A DNA stretch of 64,000 nt from the NCBI RefSeq assembly GCF_009914755.1, contig NC_060926.1. The stretch is one strand, 5' to 3'. The position numbers were made by a program, and so were the translations under genes. The notes under the pieces are model-generated. The model was not told the DNA's origin and ran no database searches. It was given only the letters and a program-made list of their open reading frames with translations. This stretch comes from the human T2T-CHM13v2.0 reference genome, Homo sapiens. Below, piece by piece: positions 1 to 17,427 of this stretch (positions are counted from its first letter, which is position 1; the number at the start of each line of letters is the position of its first letter).

Positions 1-175
1 AATTCTTGTTTTAGCAGCTACTTTAGTTGGTTGTACTCAGCCTGCAAATTCTGTCTCTTGGTTGGCAACTCAAATTTCAGTTTAGCTCTTTTATCCTTAG
101 CTGAGCTGCTTGCAGTCTGCCCCACACATGCTTAATCAGCAATCAGATGGAGATTTGGGCAGTTCTTTTACATAG

Positions 176-634
<459 letters not shown>

Positions 635-1136
635 TAGAATGACACAGCATTGACCATGGGCTTCCCTCAAGCTAAAGCCATAACAAAAATAAACTTACCC
701 TATGCTTCATTCTGTCTCCCAACTTTCACCTTTCCTCCAGAATGTTACTTCATTTGTTAATTGTAAAGAGCCTTCAGGTAGTTGTTTTTCTGTATTTTGT
801 CCCAAGTTGATAGTTATCTGCGGGAGGATTGGCCTGATAGGAGCTCACTTAGCCACATTGAAAGTAGAACTCCTTCCCATGCCATTTAATATTCTATGAT
901 ATTATTTTACTTATAAAAATTAATATATTCACATGATTCAAAATTCTAAAGTACACAAGATTATACAATGAAGTCTCTCTTTCCTACCCTGTCCTGAGAT
1001 ACTTAGTTTTTTTTCCCATATGCAGTTCCTTATGTGTTCTTCCAGAGATGATATATGCTTAATGAAACAAATATGTAATTTTTCTTTTTTTACAGAAATG
1101 ATAGCATGCTATTTACACTTTTCTCCACATAACTTT

Positions 1137-1184
1137 AGTTAGCAATATACGATGTAGATCAGTTAGCAATATATGATGTAGATC
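1137..1184. repeat. 24-bp tandem duplication
   Basis: AGTTAGCAATATA(C/T)GATGTAGATC x2 with one mismatch. Confidence 0.95.
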
Positions 1185-1374
1185 ATTCTGTTTCAATATA
1201 TACAGAACATTCTCATTTTTTAAAACAGATATGTAGTATCCTATTATTTTGTTATTCCCTTATGGTAGTATTTTAATCATTGTATAATAAAGATTGATTG
1301 TATGAATCATACTTTAGCTATCAAATCCCTGTTATTTGGGTTATTTTTAGTTTTTCATTATTGAAATTATATAA

Positions 1375-1665
<291 letters not shown>

Positions 1666-2299
1666 TGAGCCGCCCACCTTGGCCTCCCAAAGTGCTGGGA
1701 TTATAGGCGTGAGCCACTGCACCCAGCCAAGCCACCGCACCCAGCCCCATGACTATTTTCTAAAAATGAGTTTGTAGTAGAATGTCAGGTCAAAGCTTAT
1801 GTACATTTGAAGGTTTTTGAAACACATTGTTAAATGACCACCAGAAAAGTTACATAAATTTAAATTACTGCCAATAATATTTGAGTACCCATTTTCTAAC
1901 ATGCTTATCAATAGAGGATTTTTTTTCAACCTTTATAAATTTTGTAGGCAAAATGGCATGTAAATATATACACCTACTATGTACCCACAAAGAGAAATAA
2001 GAAAAAAAATGGCATGTTACAATTTTAATATTTTTTTTAGTGAAATTAGATATATTCTTACATTTACTGAAAATTTGTAATTGCTTTGTGAGTTGTTTAT
2101 TAATGTATCCTTTTCCCATTTTCATGTTGGGTTATTACTAACTCTTAAAAAATAACTTCCAATGTATTTTCTCCTTTTGCTTCCAAATAATTCCAGCAAA
2201 GTAAGCTTTATTTAGATTACTGAGTGGCAGATAATTGCTAAAAGGGTCATGCTACTAATAAAAATGTGATTAATATACCCTCCTTCACTTGAAGGATAA

Positions 2300-2467
<168 letters not shown>

Positions 2468-3804
2468 TAGGCTAATTTTTGTATTTTTTGTAGAGCTAGG
2501 GTTTCACCATGTTGTTCAGGGTGGTGTCGAATTCCTGGGCTCAAACCATCTGCCCACCTTGGCCTATCAAAGTGCTGAGATTACAGGTGCGAGCCATTGT
2601 GCCTGGCTGGTAAATGGTTCTATAAAGCGGTCAGAAAGCAACTACTCTGAGATGGATCAGTGATTGATATTTGCTTCTCATGTATTCATTAAACAAATTA
2701 TATGGTAGTTATTATGAGGGTGTGGCCAAAACATTAAGGAATTGATTACAACAGTACAGGATGGCTTGGTCTGGGGTCCAGGGCCACCAAGCAAGGTTAT
2801 GGAGATCATGCCCTGCACAAGGGGGTAAGTAGGGCTGAAATCCAGCCCCACTATCTGCCCCAAAGAAGAGGCTCCTTTCTCTAATTTTCTTAAAGGTTAG
2901 CTAGCCCAGAAATAGCAGTGGTGGCATGGAGTTGGAGCAAAGTGGACAGATTTGGCATATACTTTGGTGGCAGAATGGACAGGACTTAATTAATTAGAGT
3001 GAAGGTTAGAGAGAGAAAGATGTCATAAATGAATACCAGGTTTCTGCTGGGAACCAGTGAACAGTTGGAAATGCCATTTGTAGAGATAGGATAGATGGAA
3101 GATTTGAGGGTAAAGAGTGTAGTTTTCCATTTTAGAAGAATCAACTACTCTGAGATAATAACCTAACCATCCCAGAGGGATGATTTGCATCTTCCTTTGT
3201 CTGAGAGGACAACTCATCCTCTTCCCTTCCTGGGTTTAGAACTTCACCCAAAAGGTGTTGGTGATTGAGGGTGGAGCATAGGGTAGGAGTAGTCTTAGGA
3301 GGTGGGCACTCCTATCTACTTGAAAGTCAAGATATTAACTCAGACCTGTAGCAAAAATAGAGTGAGACTCTAGAATAAAGCTGATGCTGTTGGATATTTT
3401 CAGTCTTTTATTGACAGGTACACAGGAAGTGGCAAAGGATCTTTTTACGTGAAGTTATGAGTACATTCCCCTGTATATATGTTTCTTTTACTTTTTATTA
3501 TTAGTGTTGTTTGGTGCTAATACAGCTATTTAAATAAATCCAATCTCAGTATAAAAAAAGGAAAACGTTTGACAGAATATTTATAGAATGCCTTTACATT
3601 ATTGTTTTCAAAGTAGTTAATATCTTATTTATATTTTAATTTCCAAAAGAACATGTTATAATTTGAAAAGTTTTCTGTAAAGTTTCTTAATGTTATAGTT
3701 TAATAAATAGGTTATCTAAACTATCTTTTTCCCCCATGTAGATAGATATGTAGAAAATGCTAAAGCATGTTATACTAAGGATTTTAATTTTAGACTTATT
3801 GTAA

Positions 3805-3967
3805 AAGGAGAGCATCAGGAAAAATAGCTAATGCATGTGGGGCGTAATACCTAGGTGATGGGTTGATAGGTGCAGCAAACCACCATGGCACACGTTTACC
3901 CATGTAACAAACCTGCATGTCCTGCACATGTATCCCGGAACTCAAAATTTAAAAAAAGAAAAAAAAA
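3805..3967 (+). mobile_element. L1PA (about PA7-PA10) 3' terminal fragment
   Basis: GATGGGTTGATAGGTGCAGCAAACCACCATGGCAC...GTAACAAACCTGCA...ACATGTATCCCGGAAC followed by an A tail. Confidence 0.85.
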
Positions 3968-4055
3968 GTAGATCAGGAGTAGCTGTTGCAGCAACACCTA
4001 CTCCCATTTATTAAGTGCTTTTATCAAGGGCCAGATACTGTGCTAAATGATTTAA

Positions 4056-4532
<477 letters not shown>

Positions 4533-6529
4533 TAAATTAACAAAGTATTGTTAGTTGATTTGAATTAAATTGTAATTTGCAGATAGCTTAACAAAGATCA
4601 CTGTTGCATACTTTTTGCTAGTAATAAACTTAAAGGCTCAGGAAATAAATTTAGCAGATATTCTTTAAAAACGAAGAACAACAATGCATAATCAAGATGG
4701 AGAGGAAAATGCCAAGAATTCTAAGGTTTAGGGTAATTGGACAAAAGAAAGAAAGAAAAAAGAAATAATTATAAGCCAATTAGCTACTACATCATAATAA
4801 TAATTCAGTTATATTTAAGAATAACTGAATCATAGATTTGAAATGCATACATGATTATAGGAATAGATGCATCTGACATGAAACTTACTTTTTCTCAAGT
4901 GTGAAATATAGTTCATCTAGCTTTCTGTGCTTTGACAAAAGAATATGTCTTTCTAATACTTTCACAGAAAATTGTCTACCAGTACGTTATAGTTAATTTT
5001 TCCTATGATTTTTCTAGTTAGAACAGCCTACCTCTCTTCTTTCCAACTATCCCTACCTGATAGCTGTTAACTGTGCTGCATGTATATCCAAATTGAATCT
5101 ATATTCACTCATATATTTTAAATAACTAGCTTAAATTGCAATGAAATTACACCCTATGTTTTGCATTTATTTTACTGAACCCTGCCACTGCAGTCTCAGT
5201 ACTTACTCAGTGCTTGCTAGTGGATTACTTATGGCTATCCCACTCAAGTGATCATGTAAATCCTCCTTTCATTTTGAGAATTGTAGGTTTTGAATACAGA
5301 AAATATTTTCATAATACCTGTATTATCACAGTATTATGGTTCTGACACTGTTTTTTATTAAAACTTGCCATTTATAGGAATTTGGATTTGAATCATTTTT
5401 AAGGCTCACTAGGTGTTGAAACTATGTGCCTGATATATAGGTGTGGATGGCAGGTTTTTGCTTTATTGTTTAGTTTTAATATTAAGGGCTGCTTTTAGGC
5501 GCACCTTCTTTACTGTGTTTTTCAAAACTAACAGAAATATATTATTTCTGTAACAAGTTATCTATAAATTCAATAAGTTATTTTTCTTGATTTTGAAGTA
5601 ATGGCTATATTGTGGAGAAACTGGATAAGAGAATGTAGACTTGTATAAATCTGTTGTCATTAACATAAAATAGTTGGTAGCCTGCATAATTAACTGAGGG
5701 CAGAACATTAGATTATTTTATATGGAAGTCAGTTTTAATTTGAAATATTGTGAATTACAATTTGGATACAGGCTTGCTGTGAGCTTTTTCTTTTAATTCC
5801 CAATTATGGGAATAGTTGGGGGAGAGATTCTTGCTTTTCATGCTCTCTTTGTTTTTATGAGTTACTTCATTTTTTAATTCTTTTACTGTCATTATAGGGT
5901 TTTGAGAGAGAGGAAGGAGATACCTGTGTTTAATCAACCATATTAAATGAAAGTTTTTTTGTTTCTTTAGAACTCATGGAAATACAATAATTAAACATTT
6001 CCATATAAAGTATCTAAAAATATCTGTTGGCAGAAACTATGTTTTGTGATTGATTGAGTGATTGACAGGGTCTTGCACTGTCGCCCAGGCTGGAGTGCGG
6101 TGGCACGATCATAGTTTACTGTAACCTCAATCTCCTGGGCTTAAACAATCCTCCTGCCTCAGCCTCCTGAGAAGCTGGAACTACAGGCATGCATTACCAC
6201 ACCTGGCTAAATTTTTTTTTTTGGTAATAGACGGCGGACTTGCCATGTTGCCCAGGCTGGTCTCAAACTCCTGGGCTCACAGTATCAAGTGATACTCCTG
6301 CCTCAGACTCCCAAACTGGTGGGATTACAGGCATAAGCCAGCTTGCCTGGCCTGTGTTTTTTGTTGTTGTTGTTGTTTTTTAAACTGTACTTGTTACTTG
6401 TTACCTGGATTCACCACATTCATTACTGTTATTAAGAAATTGGTACTACTTCAGGATAAAAAGAGACTTATGTATTTAATAAATGGGAGGCATAATAGTG
6501 CAGTGGAGTGGTTAAAAAGCACAGGGCTG

Positions 6530-8070
6530 GTTATGAAGGAGTAACTGGTATTAGACCAACTTCCTTCCAGGAATAGCTATGAGATCTGCAGGGAAAAAAC
6601 CTCTCTTGTTGGAAGACATGGATGAATACCCAAAAGAGTACACAAAAGAGTAGAGACGAAGGGCCTAGATCCTGAAGGCTGAGAGAAGACTCTACACATT
6701 GAGAAGACCTTGACTTTCTGTGTCACAGTTTCTTAACGCAATTGCCAACTTCTAAGCAGCACATAGGTAGGATGAGACACAACACTGAGAAATCAAGCAG
6801 AAAGTAGCTGCTAGGAGCCTTAAAAGCTAAGCAGAGATTTTTTTTGCAGTCTCACAAGGCCTTAGGGACAAAAATTTGACTGGAGGGCCAGCCGAGAAGA
6901 AGGTACCTGGGAAATACCCCTAAGCTTTCAATTGAGATCCCAGAAATGCTACTCCTTAGGAAGAGTAAGAACAAACAAGGGATAGACTAGTCTCAACACT
7001 GGATCAAGGTAATCTACCTATATTCTATCTGGTTGCCAAAAGAATATTAAATGCTCTGCGAAAGAAAATATCATGCAGAGCCTCTGTAAAATTTCATTCA
7101 ATGGAAAGTATCAGGCATGCTAAGAAATAAGACCAAATGACTGAAAACCAAGAGAAAAAGTAGATAGTAGAAACTGACCCACAGGCTGTCTACACATTAG
7201 CTTTATTGGAAACAGACTTTGAAATTACTATTATATATTCAAAATAATTAGAAGAAAAGATGGAGAATTTCATCAGGGAACTGGAGTCTGTAAAAGAACC
7301 AAATGGAAATAATACAACTGAAAAATTATAACTGAAATTAAGAATCCAATAGATTGATTTAACAACAGATTAGGTATAACAGGAGAAAAACATTAGTGAA
7401 CTGGAGGATCAGTAGAAAAGATTCCAATTCAAACAGAAATAAAAGTTTAGAAAATATAGACAAGGATCTGAGAAGCATGTATAGGACTCAGTGAAAAGGT
7501 CTCACATACATAAGATTGGAGACTCAACAGGAAAGGGGAGAGAAAATAGGGAAGGGCAAAAGCAATAGTTGAAGGATACTGGCCAAGAATTTCCCCAAAC
7601 TGATAAAAGTCATCAAGCAACAGCCTCAAGAAGCTCTGCAAATCCCGAGAAGGACAAATAAGAGGAAGCCACACCTAGGCCCATCATAGTAAGATTTCTG
7701 AGGGGGAAAAAAGACAGAAAAATCTGAAACACATCCAGAGGAAAAAAAATATCTTCAAGGAACAAATATAAAGCTGACAGCTAACTTTTCAACAGAAGGG
7801 AGGGGCTTCTAAAGATTGTAAAATGACAACTTTAAGGTGATGGAGAAAGATAAACTACTAATTTAGAATTGTATATCTAGTGAAAAATATCCTCTAAAAA
7901 TAGAGGTGAAATAGAACAGAGAATTACTAGCTAATTGGCACTAAAAGAAATGCTAACGGGCATTCTTCAGGCAGATAGAAGCAAGGTACGCAGGAGTAGA
8001 TGAAGAGCAACAGAAACAGTAAATACATAGGTAAAACTAGACAAACATTGTTGAAAATAATAATAACTTT
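6530..8070 (+). mobile_element. Ancient L1M 5'/ORF1 remnant
   Basis: A-rich sequence with ORF1-like blocks (AGAATTTCCCCAAACTGAT, CCACACCTAGGCCCATCATAGT, TAGAATTGTATATCTAG). Confidence 0.6.
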
Positions 8071-8074
8071 CTAA

Positions 8075-8466
8075 CCAATGGCCACAGCTGCAGTGCTTAA
8101 AGTCTATTGTGCATGGATTTCATGGAGCACTCTATTTTTCACAGGATGCTTTTAGCCAGTGACTGAGAGCAGCAGGGAGACAAAGGCAGGTCCATTCTAG
8201 GGATACACAGGACTCCTCTAATGGCTGACTTGGATCAAGGACTCCCTGACAGCCTGGCCCAGCTTTCCTTAGATGGCATGGCAGCCTGGGATACTTCTCC
8301 AACTTCTCTTCCTTCTCTACTAAACTCAGACTTCAGATTGTATCATAGTCTGATGATTCTCTGAGGCTTTCCAGGTTCCCTCCCCATTTTCTGTCACAGG
8401 CATTTCTCCTAAAATATTTGATCCCATGTTGTGGCATCTGCTTCTCAGAAGACCCAGACGAACACA
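8075..8466 (+). mobile_element. ERVL-type LTR remnant (LTR16-like)
   Basis: 3' end GGCATCTGCTTCTCAGAAGACCCAGACGAACACA resembles LTR16 termini as recalled. Confidence 0.5.
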
Positions 8467-8944
8467 GTAGAAATTAAAGTGCATTAGAATAGCACAAAAG
8501 ATAGGCAGTAATTGGAGCTAAGTTCTGTATGGGTCCTGCTTGTGTTAATTGGTAAGTGGTAAAGAGTTAATTTAAGGCCCACTGTAGTAAATCAAGAGAA
8601 AGTAATAAGATTTTTTTAAGTGTATAAATAATAAGCTGATGGGAGAACTGGAGTAATAAATAATTGATAAAAAGAAGACAAGAATGGAGAAAAAGAGACA
8701 AAGAATAGATGGAATATATAGAAAACTAATAATAAAATGGTCTACTTAAATCCAAATCATCAGTAACTATATTATATTTACTTAATTTTTTCAATTAAAG
8801 ACAAAAGCCTAGGCACAGTGGCTCATTTCTGTAATCCTGGCACTTTGGGAGGCTGATGGGGGAGGATTGCTTAAGGCCAGGCATTGGAGACCAGCCTGGG
8901 CAACATAGCGAGACCCCCATCTCTACAGAAAAATTTTAAAATTA

Positions 8945-9286
<342 letters not shown>

Positions 9287-9474
9287 TTATTAATTCCTTT
9301 TTCTAGGGATTTTTTTACCTGTTACAATGGCTTTGAGACTTTGCATAGTTTATATTTAAAATAACATACCTTTCCTGTGACAGTGGAATGAATCTAATTG
9401 TAGTTGATACAAAGTTTGTTTATAGTCAGTCTCTTAATTTATGTCAAGACTAATATCTCACATATTATCAGTAG

Positions 9475-9711
<237 letters not shown>

Positions 9712-10084
9712 TGAAGCCACAAAATACTATAAACCAGCAAGGGGTCAGGGGATGGAGTAGAGTCATTAGTATGTTAATAATTTTGTCAGGATAAATTTTT
9801 GTTATACAACTAGGACAATAATTTTTAATATATTTTCTGTTCAGGCTTTAATCTGCAATATCCACAAATGTGTAACTGTTCTCTTTTTATGGGAAGGAAA
9901 TGTGAATAGTTTCTTGTATGCGTTATCCCTACTCCTTCTTCGTACAAATAGATTTAACATAGTCAAGAAAAGAAAGTAGATAGATTTTCTTACTCACATT
10001 TCAGATATGATATTAGATAATTCATAACAGTAAAAATGTTAAATGATGTAGTTGTGCAGGATTTACTTATGCACTTGTATCTAG

Positions 10085-10337
<253 letters not shown>

Positions 10338-11134
10338 TAGCCAGGATGGTCTTGATCTCCTGACTTTGTGATCCGCCCACCTCGGCCTCCCAACATGCTG
10401 GGATTACAGGCGTGAGCCACCGCACCCGGCCAAGTCTTCCTTTTTTTTTTTTTTTTTTTTTTTGACACAGGGCCTTGCTCTGTCACCCAGGCTAGAATGG
10501 AGTGCAGTGGCACAGTCAGCATGCTGTAGCCTTGAACTCCTGGGCTCGAGTGATCCTCCTGCCTTAGCTTCCCAAATAGCTGGTACTGCAGGTGCATGCC
10601 ACCATGCCTGGCTAATTTTTAATTTTTTTTTGGAGATGGGGTTCTGGCTATGTTGCCCAAGGCTATTCTTGAACTCCTGGTCTCAAGAGATTCTCCCACC
10701 TTGACCTCTGAAAGTGCTGGGATTACAGGCATGAGCCACTGTGCCCAGCATGTGTCCTCCTTTACTGACACTGGCGCTGATGTTCACCCCAAGTCCTAAT
10801 CCTCTTCTGTAACATTAAAGGTTGTTCTTATCCTCCAACTGTGGAATGTGAAGTAGGAAAGACAAACTATTACTTTGCTGACACTGTTTATGTGCCAGGT
10901 CCTCTGTTAGGTTCATGGGAACACAACACTAAATAAAGTATGGTTCCCTGCCCCAAAGGAGATCCCAGTGTCCCCAGGGAAGACAGGCATGGGTATAACT
11001 AATGTGACAGGAACAAGTTAGTATGTAGCATCATTAACAGAAACTTCTAATTGAGAGAATCTTAGAAGACTTAGAATAACACTGAATATTTTTATATATT
11101 GACATGATAATTTAATAAAGACTCTTTTTTCTAG

Positions 11135-11309
11135 ATCTGTTTTTAAGCCTTTCATATTTGTGCCACATATTTCACAACTATTGGATACCAGTTCACCAAC
11201 ATTTGAACTTGAAGATCTAGTTAAAAAGAAATCACATTTTAAGCCCGACAGAAGACACCCACTCTACCAAAAACATCAACAGGCATTGGAAGTAGTAAAT
11301 AATAATGAG
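11135..11309 (+). CDS. SCRN3: Secernin-3 penultimate coding exon, 175 bp ([58 protein letters not shown])
   Basis: Acceptor ttttctag|A and donor GAG|gtatgc. Frame continues from the previous exon (AG|A = Arg). Contains secernin motifs SVFKPF and DRRHPLY. Confidence 0.95.
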
Positions 11310-13149
11310 GTATGCTAGATTATATTCTTTGTTATATCATTAAGTGTAAAGTTAGATTCAATCCGTATTTTGAACTTTGGAGTATCAGCTTTCCTCCCTT
11401 CTTATAAGAAATAGTTTTAGGAATAGTTTAGATGCTCAGACTATAGTAGAGCTGTATTATTTTTATCTTTGGTTATGAATACATGTATGTGAATCTTGTA
11501 GAGAAACTTAGTACATTAAACATAATAATAATAGCTAACATTTGTTGAACACTTACATAGCACTTTTACATGAATTATTTTATCTAATCTTCACAACCAC
11601 TTTATGAAATGGGTACTATTTTGATTCCCACTTTGCTGATAAAGTATCTGAGTCTAGGAGAGTTTAAGTAACTTGCTTAGTATATATCCCACACCAAAAA
11701 TTACAAAGCCTCCAAAGAGCGGTTGACCTGGTTTCTTAACGTAATGTTCTTGATGATACAGACCCAGATTAAAATTAATTGAAAGTGACTTAAAACCCCA
11801 GAGACTTAAAATAATAATGAGTTTTAGTTTTTAAAAAGTGATACATCCTCATTATTTTAAAATGTAAGCATTATATAAGAGCAATATATCACTCAAAATC
11901 TCTTCTCTAGAAATAAGGATTTATTTTTTTCTGGTATAGATAGATAGGTCATTTTATAATGTCTATACCTATTCAGCTCGCTAAAGAAAAATAATGGATA
12001 AGAAGCGAATAGAAAGGCTGCCTAAAGCCATCCATCTGTTGACCCCCTGCAATGAAAGAAAACATTAACCATCTTAAATCTTTTCTCGTCTGTTTCTACC
12101 TCCTGGTTTTTCTTGCCTGTAATTCCTTTTACTTTGTCAAGGCATATACATTTACATTCTGTCCACACTGAAACGGATTAAATGAATTTTCCTCCAGGTA
12201 ATAATTTATTTATTTTTGTCTGCAGTGTTGGCATTGTTTCTATGCCTTTTTTTCTCTCACCTATTTCACTTATGCTCAAAGCAACAAGCTCTGCCAGACT
12301 TCCTATTTTTATTTGAAAATTTTTATTTAAATTTTTTATTTTTAAATAAAAATTCTAAAGCTGTAAGTATTTTAGGCTTTACTTAAAAATCATAAGATGT
12401 CGATTGACAACTTAAAGTAGTGGAAAGATAATGGAATTTGAGGGAAGAAGAGTAAAAGAGCTGGGTTCTGGTCCTGGCTCTGTAAATAACTACTTTTGTG
12501 TGTTAGGGAGAGTCAATCCTATTGGTAGTTTTAATTTACATTTCTTGATTACTAGTAAGATTAAAAGCCTTCTCCTATGTCTATTGGTCATGAGTATTTT
12601 ATTTTAAATTACTTGTCTATTTTTTCCCTTAGGCTATTTTTCCATTGATTTTGGGTTATTTTTGTTTTTTGGTTTAAATAGGTAAAAATATGTGAATATT
12701 AACTGTTTGTAATAAGGCGGAATTTTATCCCAGTTTATTGTTTGACATTTAACTTTTTTGTCAGACAAAAATTTTAAACTTAGTCAATTATATTTATTAG
12801 TCTTTTGCTTTAAGGCACCTTGATTTCATGTTTCAAAAGGCCTGCCTCACCTCAATATAAATATAACTTCTAGCATATATATGTTTTTTAAAAATTTAGT
12901 TCTTTAGTCCATCTGGAATTTACTTTTGTGTATTTGATGAAGTAGGGATTTTAACTCTGTTTTCCAAAAAGGTAACAAATTATTCCAATACCATTTATAG
13001 ACAAAATCCATTTTTTTCCCACTAATATGAAATGTAGTGTTTCCTCAGAAAAAAGCTGCATACAATTTCATACTGAAGTCCATGTTAAGGTTATTTGTTT
13101 TGTAGAGTTCTACCCCATAATGGTTCAAATTTTAAAAATTATGCTCACA

Positions 13150-13799
<650 letters not shown>

Positions 13800-14372
13800 T
13801 TACATACTTTTTCTCTAGATAAGTACCTTATAACTGATCATGGTGATTCATCAACAATTTAAAAATTACTTCTTTCTGTAAGAATCATAGACCTTTTTTC
13901 TCCCTTTATTGAATAAGGATGAAGTCATAGAGGAAATGTCTTCTTTTGGTTGATTTTTTCCTGAACATTATTGTTCTATTGTATTAATCTGATAATATTG
14001 GTTTTAAATGTAAAAGATCAAAATTGATAAAAATATTTCAGCCTCAGTTTTCAGCAACCTTCCACATACACAGTTCATATGAGATTTTCTATTGTCCTGT
14101 TGTCTTTTAGGTTTTTTACTTATAAACTACTCTTATAATTGTTTTTGTCTTTTCTACTAAAAATAATTTGGTATTCATGCATTAACTCAATCTAGAGCAA
14201 TGATTTTCCCAAAGAATTTCATTTCATTCTTTCTGTCTCTAAAGAACAAGAAGGGAACCAAACCACAATCAGAAGCCAGCATGAACAAACCTTATCTGTA
14301 GAGATGGGTTGAATTTGGTTAGATTTATGTGTATATGTATATGTGTTTATCTTTATATTTTTAATTGTTTAG

Positions 14373-14561
14373 GAAAAAGCCAAAATAATGTTGGACAACA
14401 TGAGGAAACTGGAGAAAGAACTATTCAGAGAGATGGAATCAATCCTTCAAAACAAGCATCTTGATGTGGAGAAAATTGTTAATCTCTTTCCTCAGTGTAC
14501 AAAAGATGAAATTCAAATTTATCAGTCAAAGTTAGTTCTTAGTGATCATATGGTCAGCTAA
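14373..14561 (+). CDS. SCRN3: Secernin-3 last coding exon ([62 protein letters not shown])
   Basis: Acceptor tgtttag|GAA in phase 0. Frame is open to TAA at 14559-14561. Confidence 0.93.
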   Translation, partial: EKAKIMLDNMRKLEKELFREMESILQNKHLDVEKIVNLFPQCTKDEIQIYQSKLVLSDHMVS

Positions 14562-15655
14562 TATTAGTTCTTAGTGATCAGTGGTCAGTAATCTTCAAAG
14601 TCAGAATCTATCACCTTGGTAAATTATATAAACCTAACTTGAGCAGATCTGATTATTCTTGGATAGTATTCAAGTGGTATCTTGACTATTAAACTACGTA
14701 TAGTGTTGCTGAAATAGAAAGAAAACAGCATTGGAATTGGATTCATGTATCGTGGGATACAGGTGTTATTTCAGGTGATGTACTTGCATTATTTTCTTTA
14801 GCCATACTAACTTTTTGTCACAATAACTAAGTATTCAATTATATATAAAGAGTGAAACATTAAAATGACGCATGGATTTATATTTATTATAATTATGTAG
14901 TACCCTCAAATCATTTTGTCAGTTACATCAAGAAAGCAGATTTTTCTTTAGTCATGAAAAATATCTCAAGTGGTAAGTTGTTTGTGCTTTAGGCAAACAT
15001 TAACCAGCTCTAACAAGAAAAATGTCTAGATTTACACATTGTCAATACAGTATATTAGTTCTGCAAATGCACTTTTGTTAAACTCAAACATGCTCTTTGT
15101 CAAGACTTGGCTAACCAGTGAGCTTGTAGCTCTGATTATCTAGCATTTTTAGGGTCATTCTCCTTAATAGGCTTTTATGTTAATAAGATATATTTTTAGA
15201 AGAGCTTGTTTGGGAGATTAGAGAATAAGATAAAAGAACCAAAACCTTAGGATATACTGTTTCTGGGTCTGAAATCTCTCTCATTGTTTACTTCTGTTCA
15301 CTCAGTGAAAACAGAAACAAGAATGAGGTAGTGGCAATGAAATAGAATTATTAGTATATTATGAACATTATAACATTTTGAACACTATAATGCATTATAT
15401 ATTATGAACTTTTATGAACTTTATACATGAGTAATAGCTTCCTAAAGTTTATAAAACATTGTTTAGGTTACATAAAGATTACCAAGTAAGACTCAAAATT
15501 GCAAATATAAACAAAAGAAAAATCCAACTGAAAATAACACTAAGTATTTTTGAGTTTCTAGAATGTCCATTTTGGTATTTGGTTACATTATCATATTTAC
15601 TAGTCACTATCAGCACAATTAGGTTAATAAAGAAGTGGGTCATTATATTCAAAGA
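14562..15655 (+). other. SCRN3: SCRN3 3' UTR (end approximate); candidate poly(A) signals ATTAAA 14859-14864 and AATAAA 15626-15631
   Basis: AT-rich unique sequence downstream of the stop with hexamers read directly. The true cleavage site cannot be determined from sequence. Confidence 0.55.
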
Positions 15656-16104
15656 GTGCTCAGGAAGTTATGTGTTCAAAGTTCTCTCATAAATACCATC
15701 GTCTGCCTGATACTGCTCTTGTCTAATAGAGGGTTGACATTACAAAAGAAAAGATGTCTGACTCAAGAACTCAGTTGATTCTGTTTGCCTTAAGTTTGGT
15801 TCAGTGATAGGCTGTCTTCTAACCCCTATACTCCTCTTCTCTCCTTTAATAGATGAGGAAACTAAGGGCAAACAGTTCGTTACACTTACGGGAATCTTAT
15901 TTCCCTCTCTAGGGGCAGCATGTTTTCACCTTCTCCTTTGCTGCCACCTTGGCCTAAACTAGCACCGTCTTTTAGCTAGACCATTGCGTTAACTGTTCTC
16001 CTACACCCATTTTTGTTCTTTATTTCCACCCACATGAGTCACTGCAGCCAATCTATTACAAATTTAAATCTGATTATGAATTCCCCTCCTAAAACTCTTT
16101 TTTA

Positions 16105-17110
16105 AAAGAGACTTTATTTTTTGGAGCAGTTTTAGGTTCACAGCAAAATTGAACAGAAAGTACAGAGTTCCAGTATAGCCCCTATCAGCATACATGCATA
16201 GCCTCCCCCACTATCAACATCCCAGCACCAGAATGGTACATTTGTTAGAATCAATGGCCCTACATTGACACATTATCACCCAAAGGCCATGGTTCAAGTT
16301 AGAGATCACTCTTGATGTAGTACATCCTATGGGCTTTGATAATTATAAAATGACATGTATCCACCATTATAGTATTATACAGAGTAGTTTCACTGCCCTA
16401 AAAATCTTCTGTGTTCTGCCTATTTATCCCACCCTCCCTCCAACCCCTGGCAACCACTGATCTTTTTACTGTCTCCATAGTTTTGCCTTTTCCATATGTC
16501 ATATCATTGGAATCATACAGTATGTGACTTCTTAAGATTGTCTTCTTTAACTTACTTAGTAATATCCATTTAAGGTTCCTGCATGTCTTTTCATGACTTG
16601 ATAGCTCATTTCTTTTAGTGCTAAGTAATATTTGATTGTCTGAATATACTACTACTGAAGGACATCTTGGTTGCTTCCAAGTTTTGAAAATTATGAATAA
16701 ACCTGCCGTAGACATCCATGTGAAGGTTTCTGTGTGGACGTGTTTTCAACTAATTTTTTGTAAATACTAAGGAGCACAATTGCTGGATCATGTGGTAAGA
16801 CTATGTTTAGTTTCCCAAGAAACTGTCAAACTGTCTTCCACAGTGGCTACCATTTTGCATCCCTATCAGCAATGAATAAGAGCTTCTGTTGCCGTATATT
16901 CTTGTCAGCATTTATTGTTGTCAGCATTTTGGATTTTGGCCATTCTAATAGGTGTGTAATGGTATCTTGTTTTAATTTACAATTCCCTGATGATATATGG
17001 TGTTGGACATTTTCACATGCTTTTATCTGTTTATCTTCTTTGGTGAGTTGTCTGTTCAGATCTTTTGCCCATTGTTTACCTAGGTTGTTAATTTTCTTAT
17101 TTTTGAGTCT
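16105..17110 (-). mobile_element. Ancient L1M (L1MB/MC-type) 3' portion
   Basis: GAGCAGTTTTAGGTTCACAGCAAAATTGA start; ORF2-like peptides on - (WKQPRCPS, KWAKDLNR). Confidence 0.75.
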
Positions 17111-17112
17111 AA

Positions 17113-17427
<315 letters not shown>

